Assembly: GCF_009914755.1 (NCBI RefSeq)
Contig: NC_060925.1
DNA length: 64,000 nucleotides
Direction: 5' to 3' (one strand)
Source of the DNA: the human T2T-CHM13v2.0 reference genome, Homo sapiens
Part shown: positions 1 through 18,540 of the stretch, one piece after another
How the letters are laid out: each line of letters starts with the position of its first letter
How positions within the stretch are numbered: the stretch's first letter is position 1
Made by a program: the position numbers and the translations under genes
Notes under the pieces: generated by a model
Databases searched by the model: none
What the model was told of the DNA's origin: nothing
Seen by the model: only the letters and a program-made list of their open reading frames with translations

Positions 1-837
1 GTTCTATTCTATGCATGCATGACAAGAAACTACCTATAGCTGGTAGAAGGGAAAAAAATATCAAAAGGCCAAACAATTCCCAAAGCTCCTTCAGGGTTGG
101 GAATTGTTCATGTACACACTTAGAGAAATGGACAGACCTTGTAAGATACAAAAGCATCAGGTCACAGCTTATAGTGAGGCTAAATCAGGATAGTGGGGCT
201 ATCTTAAAAAAAAAAAAAAAGACTACTCTGGATCTGTTGGTAACAACTTAAGAGCAATTCTTAAAGTGATCAAACTTACCCTCAAACAAAATTCATCACT
301 CACTATATAAATAAAACAAAAATCTAAAGTCCAGCAGCTAACAGCAACAAAAAAACTAAAAACATCTAGCATCCAATTTAAAAATCCAGGCATGCAAAAA
401 AGAGATATATGACATACAGCCAGGAGGAAAAACAATTACTAGAAAAAGACTTATGAAAAAGATGATGATTTCAATGGACAGGGATCTGAAAGCAGATATT
501 TTAAATCAAATGTAAAGAAAAACATGAACACATGAGGAGAGAAATAGAATATTTAAATAAGACACATATAAGATCTTGAGATAAAAAATATGAAATTTCA
601 TTTCATATGAAATAAAAAATACATTGGATGGAATTAACAGCAGATAATACACTGGAAAAGAAACATCAGAGAACAAATAAAATAGCAATAGAAATTATTC
701 ATAATGAAGCACAGAAGAAAAAGGGCAGGGAAAAAAATAAACAGAGCCTAAATAAGCTATGGCAAATATCAAGCAGGATAATATTTGCCTAATTGGAGTC
801 CCAAGTAGGAAGGGAGAAAAATATCTAAAACCAATAA

Positions 838-1662
838 TGACACAGGATTTTCTCGCGCCTTCAACAAACTCGCAACACAGGCACCCTGTTTACTCAGCCC
901 ACCATGCTCAACTCCTTGTGGGAGGGAGCATGTGAGCAAGCGAGTGTGGGATCTGACTGGCCGTTCCAGGCACTGGCAGGAGAAAGCTCCATGCAAGGCC
1001 AACAGCAGCACCCAGGTGAGGGTGCCCACGACTCTCAAGCCCCAGAGTGGGTGTTACAGTGTTCTCTTAGTTCTGCTGTCTGTAGACAGCAGTGTGTTAG
1101 CAGCTCAGTTGGCCCCTTGCCTCAGTGCATGGAGCAACGGGGCGACTTCCCTCTACTAGCGAGGGTAAAAGGCTGGTGTGAGAGCCTTTCTAGGTACCCA
1201 CGCTTGGTGGGTCCTGAGCTCTTGTCTGGTGTCCAAGAAGAATAAGGTTGTGTAGACAATTGAAGGATGGTGAAGGTAGAGAATGTTATTGAGCAATGAA
1301 AACAGCTCTCAGTGGACAAGGGAGCTGGAGAGGGGACAGAAATGGCATGTCATCTTCCCTGAAGTCAGGTTATCTCTTCTTAAGTTCAGCCGTCTCCCTC
1401 GAAGTCCAGCCATCTCCCTCCCTACCAACTGAGTCTGGGGTCTTTATAAGCACAGGATGGGGGTGGGGCAGGCCATAGGTAGTTTTGGAAAAGGCAACAT
1501 TCGATTGGTAAAAAGGCATTATTCAGAAAGAACCAATTGGGAGAGAGTGGGCAAACTTTGGGCCATGGGTTTCAGGCTGTTTGCTTTTTTGGCTTGAAGG
1601 TGGGGTTTCAGTGGGGACCCACCCCTATCTGCCTAGAATTTCTCGGTCTCCTGCCTCTATCA
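838..1662 (-). mobile_element. ERV1-class solo LTR (LTR1/LTR27/LTR28/MER52 group)
   Basis: TG...CA termini and a 4-bp TSD ATAA (834-837, 1663-1666). The minus strand begins TGATAGAGGCAGGAG...AATTCTAGGCAGATAGGGG, and the segment is GC-richer than its flanks. Confidence 0.8.
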
Positions 1663-1843
1663 ATAATAGCTGAAATTTTTCAAAATTTCATGAAAACTAG
1701 AAACTACCAGATCCCTAAAGCTCAACACCAAGCAGAAGAAACACAGAGAAAACTACACAAAGGGACAGCTTAATCAAAACACTGACAATGACAGAGAATA
1801 TCTTTAAAAACAGTCAGAGAAAAAGGGATTTGTTTTTACAGAG

Positions 1844-2053
1844 CAGGGTTCAGTAAACTACAATACACATGATGGACATCTGTTTTTATAACTAAAGTTT
1901 TGATGTAACATAGCCATGCTCTTTCATTTACACATTATCTATTGGGGCTTTCACACTATACCAAAAATTGAGTAGTTGTAACAAACACCATGTGGCCCAC
2001 AGGCCTAAAATATTTACTATTTGGCCCTTTAAGAAAAAGTTTGTAGTTCCTTG
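1844..2053 (+). mobile_element. MER58A (hAT-Charlie MITE)
   Basis: Contains the MER58 motif cctaaaatatttactatttggccctttaagaaaaagtttg and has an 8-bp TSD TTACAGAG/CTACAGAG. Confidence 0.85.
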
Positions 2054-3024
2054 CTACAGAGAAACAAAAATAAGAATGACTGAAGCTAGGCTGTCAGAAG
2101 CCATGGAGGGCAGAAAACAACGGAAAGACATCTTTAAAGTGCTGAAAGAAAAACTAAAAATCTTAATCTTGAATTATACGGAAAATGCACCAAGTTAAAA
2201 ATCCAAAAAGTACATTAAAACTATATTTTACATGGTATCAAAAGAAAACCATCAACACACCAAAAATGAATAATGCTTGTTTCCCGTTACGCAAATATTC
2301 CTAAATGGGCAAACAGTTAATGGGACAAGTTTTAAATTTACTATAACAGGATTTTGTTACTTTGCTACTTAAAAGGTAATTCCAACTCCTTGTTTTTAGG
2401 CAGAATTTCTTTAACTTCTTTAATATGGATCTCTCAAGAGAATCATCACATGCTTTCAAGTGGAAAAGGAGGACTGGCATCCTCCTTCTGAGATACATAG
2501 GCTGAAGAACAAATCATTAAGCCTCCCACTGTGCTTAAATGAAATCACTCTTGGGAGAAAATAGTTAATTTCAGTCAAATTAACTTTTTGGAACACTATT
2601 TACTTGTATTAAAAATGATCATAAACAACATTCCTTTTAAAATAAATTATCTAAAGTTTGAAAAAGTATTTTTAACAAAAGTAGTCACTTTCAGTCATGG
2701 TAATCATACAAATGTTTAACATATTTGTACAACAAAAATGAATCTTATAATTACTTTTCCCATACTCTACTTATAATGATCTTTCCCATGGATAAAGGCC
2801 CTCTATGTGGTTTACTCAATGACAATAACCTGAAACAGTCCTTTTCTGCTTCTATATACTAGTTGAAGACAGCACGCTAATGTTTATTGTCTATTATAAT
2901 AATTACTTGATAATTTAGTTATACTAGATACAGCTATTTAGCACGAGGAAAATGTTTAGCATCTACATATCAATATATAATTTATACATCTCTCTCTAGC
3001 AATGTTACAGATTGAATAACACTA

Positions 3025-7969
<4,945 letters not shown>

Positions 7970-10354
7970 AAAAGTAAACATTAATTATTTCACAAGACTA
8001 AGATATCTATTGGCATATTTTAAACTAGAAACACCTTAGTAAATCAAAACTAGGTAACATGGATACTATTCTGTCTTCGCAAAGTATTAATAGCCTTGGA
8101 TATAGAATTGGTAAATAAAAAAGATACACAAAATCAAATAATTAAATACACTGATTAGGCACTGCTAAATATATATGAATGTAGATTAAATAAAATAGTC
8201 TTTTAAAGGAAAATCTGTGTTTATCTAAGAATGATCAGAAATTATAATCTGAGATAACTGACATAATACACAAGTTACCCACCAAACATGACTGGTATGA
8301 TAAAATGAAAGTTAACTGTGAATGTTAAAAATCTGTAACTAAAGATATTGATTCCTTTTATATAAAATGTGACTTTTCTGACATGCATATACCAGTTTTA
8401 AAGAGAATGATAATCTTAACTCTTATCAGGAAGCACATTAAGGTGATTTCAGGTCAACTTAGATGGCAGATTAACTAACTCCTAGTTACATTATTTCAAT
8501 CAGCTGCAAGTCAGTATCTAAACTACTGCCAAGAATATAGCATGAGGCTGAAGGGAACTGTGTTTTAATTTGTCTCTATCCAGTCAGTTTCTGTATTTAT
8601 ATGAGAAGAGATCCCCCGTTACCAGTGATACTTCTGGTAATGTTTTTGGTGGATCCCTGGATTTGAGTGATGTTAAGATAGGCATATAATAACAAATGGA
8701 TAAAAGTAACAATGTATTTTCCTCACTTTTTGCTTTTATCAATTTGTTATTATATGCCTATCTTTTTCTTTCCTTTAACTAAGATGTTAACTTACCTTAT
8801 TACGTTGTAAGTCAAAACCATCCCACTAGAAAAACAGGATGCATTGGGCATGAGTAATTTCATTCTATTTTCTTCACTGTATAATGCACCTTTTTTTCCC
8901 TGTACAGTTTCTCTACCTTAAAAGCAGGTACAAATATACAGCTAGAGAACCAAGAAGCACCACTTTTCCATTCCCTGGAGCTGAAAATGGCCCATTTTCT
9001 CACTTTCAGTACTGCTTACCTCAACTTCCAGAAAGTCAACATTTATTAAAAACCAACAATCCTCCAGCAAAGCATACATATGCCCCTAATACTATGGTTT
9101 ACACTTCGCCCTTAAAACAAATACAGTTAGAAAAACCTAATAATATATCAGATGCTATGTGATACATTTTGGCATAAGGGACAACAGAAAAAGAAAACAT
9201 TCTTCATATTTGGCATAGTTATAAAATTGCAATGAATTTTAAAGGATCAAAACTCAGTTTAGAACAGTCATTATGATTCTATCATGTCTTATTAAAATCA
9301 AAATCTACTATAAAGCATATTTAATGTCTTTAATATTTATAAAAAATTTTTAAAAGAAAAAGAAAAATTTATTACATATTATTTGTGAAGAAGCACCAAA
9401 AACTTTTCTGAAAGCCTCTTTCTTAGTAACTAAGTTGATGAAGATGTAATAGAAAGGCAGAAAAGTTAATTACTACCAAGTATCTTAATATTCAAAGCAA
9501 TACAAAGGGTCAAATGTCTAATATTCTTTAGGGATGTTTGTATTCTAAATGTGATGAACCCTAAATTACTATGACTTGTGAAGATGTGTATCTGTCTAGT
9601 TGTTTTTAATTACTAATTGTTTTAGTTGTATGTAGCTAATTCTTAAGTATTCAAGGTCCACTCATAAGTTAATGCTTATCAAGGCTCTTTGACACTCATT
9701 TTTCTCACAACTTTGGACATTCCACTATGAGCTCCCCACAGTAGTGGGAAAGAGATTTAAAAAAAATAGTACAGGCAATCTTCAACCAGTGAATGAGTTA
9801 TATTCTAAACATTCTCCTTATCATCAGTTTTATGGAAATTAAAAATGATTTTATTGAAAATTGCGTTATGAATGGTGGCTAGATTATCCAGATAGTTCAA
9901 AAATGCCTATTAAATTCTTAAGGCCATTGCACTACTTAAACTACATGGAACCTCAGAATAGGTGACCACATAGCAAAAACTTTCTCTTTTCAAGTGAGCC
10001 ATCCATAGGCAAAATTTTAAATAAGCAAAGATAATCTTTAGCACTCTCCCCTATCATTTTTTGAACCCACATCTCTTCATATCTCTACATGTCTTAAACC
10101 CTCTTTGGGAAGTCAAGTGCAGCTGGGGTGAAGAAAGCAATTGCAAACAGCATTGAGAAGGTGACTCTCTTTAGCCCAGTATCTAAATAAATGGATACTC
10201 ATTTGCTGAAGAATTTTGAACTAAATCTGTTGATATTTATTCTTCCAAAATACATTTTCAATTCATCAGAACATGAATTACACCTGTTGACACCTCCTTC
10301 ATCAAAATTTTCTGGAAACAAAGCCTTTGTGAAAAAATGTTCATAAGGAGGAAG

Positions 10355-10510
10355 TATACCACAGTAGTTAAGAAGATAAATTTTGGAGTCAAACAGACCC
10401 AGAATCAAATACTGGCTATCCCACTTATAAGATAGAAGATCTTAGGCAAATTATTTAAACTATTCTGAACCTCAGTTAATTCATGTATAAAATGGGAACA
10501 ATTTCATCAA
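10355..10510 (+). mobile_element. MIR SINE
   Basis: MIR core ttaggcaaattatttaaactattctgaacctcagtt...tgtataaaatggga. Confidence 0.65.
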
Positions 10511-11554
10511 CGGTACTAGTTATTTTTGGGTGATCATTATCATTATCAACTGTAAAATATGTTTTGCACCTATTTACAGTTGTACAACAAAAATGAAAAG
10601 AAACAGATGCTTCCTCAACTATTCTTAGTTTAAAAATCTTTATAAATTTGGTGAAAACAGGTATCTGTTTCTGCTTGGGAATACTTATGACTAGTGACAC
10701 AATTTCCATTTCTATTATAGAAATTTCACATATCAGAAAAGGGATGTAATGACAAATTTGTAGGTGGACCAAAAATTTTCAAACTTAAAAGTTGATGATA
10801 ATTATTAAAATGTTGATTGTCATTCTCAAACAGCTTTACCCTTGCATTTATTCCTTGATAAGTGACATTTTTGGAAGTGGCTGTAATAAGTTATAATATG
10901 AAAGCTGAGGTTAATTTATATTAATTTAAAAACATATCTGATATTAAGAGATTAGCCCATGACCTTCAAAAAGTTTAGTTTTCATTACTTGCCTTATCAC
11001 TTGAATAAAAATAAATGAAAAATGTATTATTTTTCACTAGACATCAGTTTTAAAGTTGCTATGGTTAGGGAAAGCGCTACAAGATTTTAAAGCAATATAA
11101 GTCAGTCCTGAGGCAGACAGAGTGCTAGGGATTCAGCATCCTTTTGATGAGTTTCCAGATATTGATAATTCAATAGGCACATTTTTTAAAACAAGGTGGC
11201 AGAGATTTCTACTTGATAGACATTTCAGTCAACCTTTAGTAAAGTTTAGCTGTAATGGGGTAGGTATTACTGTAATGGAAAAACACTAAAATGCCAAAAT
11301 TGCAACAGTGGAACAACATGAAGAGTAATGATAAACAAAAACAGAAGAATTGAAAAATTACCACAATCCATGTCATATAATGTAAAGAGCTAGAATTACA
11401 GAGCCCGGGACAACATTTCAGGATGCAGAAAAGTGAGAAGAGATTCTCAACTATATATATTTTGAAATATCCCAATTACAAGAGTAAGAGGCTAATTATA
11501 CAAATAAAATGTTTGTGTATGGGCAGAGACTGCAAATAATTCAAATTACCTGTA

Positions 11555-11752
11555 TTGGTCCTCAACCTGAGGTGGTACTGTGTTCCACAGGCGGGGAGGA
11601 GTTCAGAAAAGGTGAGGGCATTTTTTTTTTTTTAGCATCACAATGACTAAGCAGTGCTATTGGCAACCAGTATTTGGAAGGAGAAGGGATGCCAAACATC
11701 CTGCGATGCACAGATCAGTCCTGCACAATGAAAGAACTGTCCCATCCAAATA
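11555..11752 (+). mobile_element. MER20-like hAT-Charlie element
   Basis: Motifs gggatgccaaacatcctgcgatgcacag...cacaatgaaagaactgtcc. Confidence 0.6.
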
Positions 11753-12352
11753 CCTAGAATACTCCCAAAGAGCAACAACGGACACACCAGGATACTGTAT
11801 GAACTGGTTACACTGGAAAAAAATACCTCTAGGACTAAAAAGGAGTAACAAAGAACAGATGAAACAAGACTTTGCAAGATAATCTTCTATGTTTTAAGCA
11901 AGAGTCTTGCAGGAGACCCCAGTACTTCTCTCCAAGAAACTAAATCTGTAATGGATACATAGCTCTAATCTTTTGTGCAGCTTATCTTAAAAAAAGAGAA
12001 TAGTAAGGTGATACTGTACCACCATCATGTACAGTGTGCAGAGGGGCATTAAAAATAGAAATCTTGCAACGTATTAATCTTATCAAAATATTAAAGGATT
12101 TGTAGGAGGTCTTGTATCTGAAATAGGGGGAACCAGAGAAAGCCTAGAAGATGGTTAAGAACACAGTGGGGAAAACAATAGATATTTCTCCACCAAGACA
12201 AGGTATTCACTGATATATAACATTTGAGTAAGTTAAAGTTTTTTAAAGCATACATGGGTTTATGGCTTTGTTTACACGGAGCCTCTGCCTTAGTGGAGGG
12301 ACCTAAATTCATGAAGATAAAATTGACTCATAATGGTGACTCCCAGAATTGA

Positions 12353-12665
<313 letters not shown>

Positions 12666-12740
12666 GAATTTCTCACACATCTTAAACCCCAGCAGGCAAG
12701 CATCTACCAAAAGGTTTCTAAACAAGCTGTTTAAATGTGT

Positions 12741-12743
<3 letters not shown>

Positions 12744-12781
<38 letters not shown>

Positions 12782-12796
12782 TGTGTGTGTGTGTGT
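12744..12796. repeat. (TG)n microsatellite with a CGC interruption
   Basis: Read directly from the sequence. Confidence 0.95.
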
Positions 12797-14418
12797 ATGC
12801 TTGCTTAATATAAGAAGCTGAGATACTAAAGATAAACTTAGTGTCACAACAGAAATAATAGTCATCAGGACCAAGAACAGAGAGACTCCTGGGATGTTTA
12901 AGTTCAGTACTTAGTTTACTGAGTTCACACCATGCTGCTGATGCCTTTCATAGCATAGTACAGTCGAGTAATCATATTAACAGTCGAGTCATCATACTTA
13001 CCATCACACATTTTTGTTAAATAATTGTTTCATAATTATAACTATGTAACTATTGAGACATAAAATATTGATAATATATCTTTTCTTGTATTAACGTAAC
13101 TTTTACTACTGAAACTACTAGTTGCTTCATTACCCTGTTCACTTAATTTTCTGTTGCTCTAACTAAATCTACTCAACTTTAAAACTTCTTTTAGCATGGT
13201 CAGACACATTAGATAATTTGCCACCATTCCACTGACTGCAGACACCCATCTTGGAGTCCTTCATTGTCTTGCTCCAATTTGTACTCTTTACTCTTTAAAC
13301 TTCTACACAATTGTCACCTCAGGATGCACTTCACCATAAACTTGAGAATTTCACTAGCATCTCACCATGATGGCACAATCTCTTATGCCTTGGATAATTT
13401 CCCCTCAGGATTTTTGGTTTGCTCTTTCATTTAATGAATCATATCTCAAGTAGCTTCTTGACAAAGGATGAATAAGAAAAATTATCTATTGAGACTTGGA
13501 ATGTCTTTCCTATTTTATGATACTTAAACCATAATTTGGAAATGAACAGAACCTTAAGTTGGAAATGATTTTCTCACATAATTTTGAAGACATCACTCCA
13601 TTGCTTTCTGGTTTGACTGGTATCTTCGGGGAGGAATTCCTCAATCTTCTGCTAATAAAATATAAGCCTAAATTCCAGTGTTCTGAAAGCTAAACAGGAG
13701 GAAGACACTTTGGAGGAAGACAAGAGGGTGTTTCTCTTTGCACCCAATCTCTGAGGTGCCTGGTACCTACCTTCCCAGAGTTCTGCAGTATAAACTGGCT
13801 GGTTCTTATAGGGCTCCTGTGTGATGGAAGTTAGGGCTCAGCTTTTCCACTCTGCTAAATTGGTTATCATTTATCCAACTACTTTCCTCCTTCCAAATTG
13901 TGTTACCACTCTCATCTGTCATTCTCTTTTCCATTTTCTTTGTCTTTTGGGGTTTATCTATTTTTATGTCTTTGTTTTCATTTTAGTAGTGTTCTTCAGG
14001 AGGGTAAAGCATAAAAATATGTCTTCAACCTGTCATGCTTAACTAATTTATAAACATACTTGCAAATGTTGGTACCAATTACCACAGTGTCCTCAATTTA
14101 TGCCAATTTATACTCTCCTCCAGTAGTATCACTGCCTCAGGCATCACTGAGTATTACTACTTTTCATATATTTGCTTGAAGTTAAAAAAAAATGAAACTT
14201 TCTGATAAAAATAAACAATTCTAACATCATTAATGAACATCAACATGTTTTTTATCAGTTTATTATGCTCTGCTATTTCAACTTTTGAGGCATGTCTGTG
14301 TGAGTCTATGTAAGTTCATTAGGCTGTTCAGTTTTTTGTCATTCTGTAAGAGCTCTTTATATATGAAGGTGTTAATTCCATGAGGAAAATATTTTTCCAC
14401 TTTGATATCTGCCTTTTC

Positions 14419-14638
14419 TTTTCTTTCTTTCTTTTTGAGACAGGATCTCACTCTGTTGCCCAGGCTGGAGTACAGTGGCGTGATCGCAGCTCACTGTAAC
14501 CTCAAAAACTCCTGGGCTCAGGGTATCCTCCTGCCTCATCCTCCTGAGTAGCTATGATTACAAGTGCCCATCACCATGCCTGGTTAATTTATGGTTTTTT
14601 TGTAGAGATGGGGTTTCACTCTGTTGCCCAGGCTGGTT
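14419..14638 (-). mobile_element. 5'-truncated AluJ
   Basis: Right arm plus part of the left arm. TSD TGCCTTTTC flanks it. Confidence 0.85.
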
Positions 14639-14984
14639 TGCCTTTTCATTTCGATGTATAGAAATTTAACATTTTTACAAAGTCAAATATATCAATTTTC
14701 CTTTGTAGTTTTTGCCACAATTTTCATGCTTAGAAAGTTCTCATCCAAAAATTTTGCCAACATACTTTTCTAATTGTTTTGCCATTTCGCATTTTTTGCA
14801 TTAAGCTTTAATCCTATTGGAATGTACTTTTCCATGTATTATGATGCAAGAACATAGTATCCCCCTCCAGTAGTTAATCAACTCTCTCAGCATAATTTAT
14901 TGAATGATCTTTTAATTTCCCATTGATCTGTGATGTCACCTTTATCATTTATATAAACCATATACGTATTAGGGTATCTAGGTT

Positions 14985-15118
14985 TGTGATGGTTAGTACT
15001 GAGTGTCCACTTGATTGGACTGAAGGATGCAAAGTATTGTTCCTGGGTGTGTCTGTGGGGGTGTTGCTAAAGGAGATTAACATTTGAGTCAGTGGACTGT
15101 GAGAGACAGAACCACCCT
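14985..15118 (+). mobile_element. MLT2A1/A2 (HERV-L LTR) 5' fragment
   Basis: tgtgatggttagtactgagtgtccacttgattggactgaaggatgcaaagtattg matches the start of MLT2A. Confidence 0.85.
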
Positions 15119-16399
15119 ACACATCAAAAGTTATTACGCATATAAATATTTCTTATCATGAATTGGAATCCATAAAGTTTGAAATTCACTCCTCCATGTG
15201 TTCCACTGATCCTCTTGTCTATTCCTTTGTCCATATAATATTTATCTGATTACAGCTGCGTTAGGCTAATATTCTGATATCCGGTAAAACCAGTGCCTCT
15301 CTTACATACTTTCTTTGGTTATTCTTGGACATTTGGTCTTCTACATAAATCATGTGGTCATTTTTTCCTAACATTAAAAAAGAAAAACTTGTTTCTACTC
15401 TAATTAGAATTGCTAAATTGGGAGAATTTACACTTATACTTTCATCATGTTGTTTATTTGGTATGTCTTTCTGTTTCTGAAACATAGTACTTTCCATGAT
15501 TCTTATTATACAGGTCTATGGTTTACTTGTTAAATCTAATTGTAATTATTTTATAGTTCTCTTCACTGCTGTGACAGAAAAATTTTCCCATTTTCATTTC
15601 TGTGTGTTTACTGCAAATGCAGAGAAGCTATCAATTTTATTTAAGAAGCCAATTTTATTTGGCTATCTCATCACATTCTCTTATTAATTTTATTGTTCAT
15701 AACTTGAGTCTCCTGGGTTTCCTAGGTATACAGTCATATTTTCTAGGATGGCTAGAAAAATGGTAAATAATTTGACAGCATAAAATGGTAGTAGTGAGAA
15801 TCCTATCTCCTGATTGTAAAAAGCAGTTTAAATATCACACACAATAAATGAATTACTGAAATGACTGATGCTCATTCCTCTCTCTTCTGTTTCTCAAGTT
15901 TCTCCTTCTGTTTCAGCCTCTGTCCCTGCTTTGAAAGCCTCCATCTCTCCTGCAGCTTCTAAGTTGTGCTACTAGTGAGAGTCCTTGGCTTCTGGTGCCT
16001 GGGTAGTAGGGAAAAGAGGTGGTCCTGGCTTTCAACATACCATTAAAAATACGTTATCTATCCATTTATCTATACGTTATCTATCCATTTAGAGATATGT
16101 ATACATAGTACAAAGCAAGATGCTAAAAGAAATATCAAGAAACTGAGACTGTCCAGAAAGATGATAAAATAGGATATATAAGACATAAAAATAAGTAACT
16201 CTATTTTAAATAGAAATGACATGAGCTCCTAAACAGGTGTAGGTAAAGTATAAGATTATTTCTCATGAAAATAGTTACAGGGGGAGATTATACACTACAA
16301 TAATGCTATAATTTAGATATAGATCAAAAAGCTTTTGTGAAACTAGCTAACCTAATTATCACATGTATTACTGTTCTCTTAGGAAAAAAGTTGCATGCA

Positions 16400-16702
16400 T
16401 TCATTTATTTATCAAGACAGGGTCTCACTCTGTCACCCAGACTGGAGTGCAGTGCCACAATCTCAGCTCACTGTAGCCTCAATCTGGATCCCAGGCCCAG
16501 GAGATAGTCCCACCTCAGCCTCCCGAGTAGGTGGGACTACAGGCACGCACCACTAAGCCCAGCTAATTTTCTGTATTACTTGTAGACATAGGGTTTTGTT
16601 ATGTTGCCCGGGCTGGTCCTGAACTCCTGGGCTCAAGTGATCCATCCACCTCAGCCTCCCAAAGGGCTGGGATTATAGGCATGGGATACCACGTGCCCGG
16701 CC
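16400..16702 (-). mobile_element. AluJ
   Basis: Diverged full dimer with gacagggtctcactct and ctcctgggctcaag. Confidence 0.88.
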
Positions 16703-18455
16703 AAAATTTGCTTTTAAATAACGGACTTATCAGTTAATTTCTGGCAACGTAACTCTTATGTTTCTAAAAGACCAGTTGGACCGGCTAATGGTAACAGTCC
16801 TTAAGTTGTAGTACTGTCAAAAAAGGGAAATAACAAAAGGAATAAATGAAGAGTCTGCTATTAACAATGACCTGTCCTGACTATTCTTTAACTGAGAACA
16901 GAATTCATTTTATTCAATAAAAATAAAATACATAAATTCCTATTGTGTAAAATTTCTTAAAGATAGGTATTTAGTAAAATCAAGTGCTACTGAATTTTAA
17001 TATAATGTTTGTAATTCAGTGTTAAAATTAACAAAGTCTCTTGTACTGCCAAAAAAATCACAATCTAAAATTTTCACCAGGGTCAAAAATTTTTTATCTT
17101 GGAATTCACACAGTGTATAACAGTCAAATGCAGCTGTTACATAAACCAGGTAGTTTATTGGTTCATCCATGCTATAAAAATATTACTGACATTTCATCTG
17201 GTCAACCATCTTAAAGGTTAATTCTTGTTTCCTCTTTCAGATTTTATTCTAGGTGAACTGTTCTGGGCAGATTCTATTTACCAATTCTGAGCAAACCACA
17301 AACTGTTTCATCGCTCACTCTTACTGTTAAGAACATATTGACTTGCTGCCTGCTCTGCTGTTTAATTCATTTATGCTGAGAGTCAGGCATGAAGACAGAA
17401 TTTTAAATGTGACATTCGCAGACTGTTAGGTCATTTAAGCTCTGACAACACTAGGGAATTCCTGACATATAAACTGGACCTGATTACCAAGCACAGACGA
17501 GCTTCCCAAAGGTGTAAATTTCTGATCATTTTTTGTAATTTCTCACAGAATTGCAATATTAAATTTTAATGTCAATGAAAAATATATATAGCCAACATTT
17601 TAAAGTAAAAGCCTCTGTTTCTTTTAATAAAGTTCTAACTGGCACTTCTAATCAATACATATCAGCTAAATAAAAATTATTTTGATGGAAAAAGGCATAT
17701 GGAAAAACTCACAATAACAATCAACATTCATAACAATTCTGAGAAACTCTGCCATTTAAGGGCTTTAAATATTTACTATAATATGTAAGTTTCTGAAATC
17801 TCTGCTAGGTCTAAAGGCTATAACTCTAGTCAACAGAACATTTAAAATTATTAGATTCTGGCACAGCAGGGCAGAGGTTATATGCTGTCAAATTATAGTA
17901 CAAAGTCTAAGCTTACATGCTTACAACACTGCCTTCTCAATGATTACAGTTATGTAGAACGGATGATAAAATCATTATAATTGGAAATGAACAAATTGCC
18001 CACATGACATGCAGAATTATACTTTGCAAGGGTTGATGATTGGGCAGGGTAAAGGATGCAGGGCAAGATTGTTTTCTCTTTTTAGTGACTCCAAAAAATT
18101 ACTCTCAATGATATTTTTGCAGCTCTTTTTCCTTGTCACTAAGTACTATACACAATGGGTCAAAATGAAAGTTTTCTGAAATTAAATTTTATAATTAAAT
18201 AATGCACAAAAGATAATCCTTATTTTATCCCATATTTTATGTAAGTAAGAATTCTAGTGTTAAACAGCAAGTAGCCTTTTAATATTGTGCTTTGAATGGG
18301 ACTTTCAACTGTAATAGGGGTAGTCTAAATAGGGATAGACAGCCCAGAATGCCTTTCAGCTATAGCACATTGATTCTGAAAAACCTAACAAAAGCAATTA
18401 CTTCTCAGCGATTAAAAATCTTGTTTCTTTCAAAAGAATAAAATGAAATGCAAAC

Positions 18456-18540
18456 CTGGTGTATTATCTGAGCTACAGGAAGTTGTTCAGCATATTTCAG
18501 AGGTTCCATTAGTTTCTCATCCATCTGGTCTTCCTTATAG
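18456..18540 (-). CDS. PIGK: PIGK coding exon 10 (S-YKEDQMDEKLMEPLKYAEQLPVAQIIHQ), 85 nt
   Basis: Acceptor tcttttccag|CTATAAG and donor CCAG|gtttgc. The phase fits exon 9 (AG+C = Ser). Intron 9 spans 18541-50627 (about 32 kb). Confidence 0.95.

Larger units (their letters stand above)
330..2200 (+). mobile_element. Old L1M ORF1-region fragment, interrupted by an ERV1 LTR and a MER58A
   Basis: A-rich L1 ORF1-like tracts (e.g. aattggagtcccaa...aataatagctgaaatttt, gacatctttaaagtgctgaaagaaaaa) continue across the nested insertions. Boundaries are approximate. Confidence 0.6.
14050..15830 (-). mobile_element. Highly diverged L1M ORF2 fragments hosting an AluJ and an MLT2 fragment
   Basis: T-rich antisense-L1 motifs (cagcataatttattgaat, gggtttcctaggtatacagtcat). 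Boundaries are approximate. Confidence 0.5.

Noticed and set aside
10199-10408. Minus-strand ORF with a possible acceptor at 10311 as an extra PIGK exon
   Set aside because: The pyrimidine tract is short and there is no good donor. It does not encode the known PIGK C-terminus (KPKLKDWHPP...), and its upstream part is a MIR.
12961-13000. Short two-copy tandem repeats (20 bp here; 23 bp at about 16049-16091; about 16 bp at about 45459-45487)
   Set aside because: These are ordinary slippage duplications, not a spacer-repeat array, and CRISPR is not plausible in human DNA.
17180-17520. Apparently non-repetitive stretch with NF-kB-like (GGGAATTCCT) and MARE-like motifs as an enhancer
   Set aside because: Short motif matches alone are not evidence without conservation or chromatin data.
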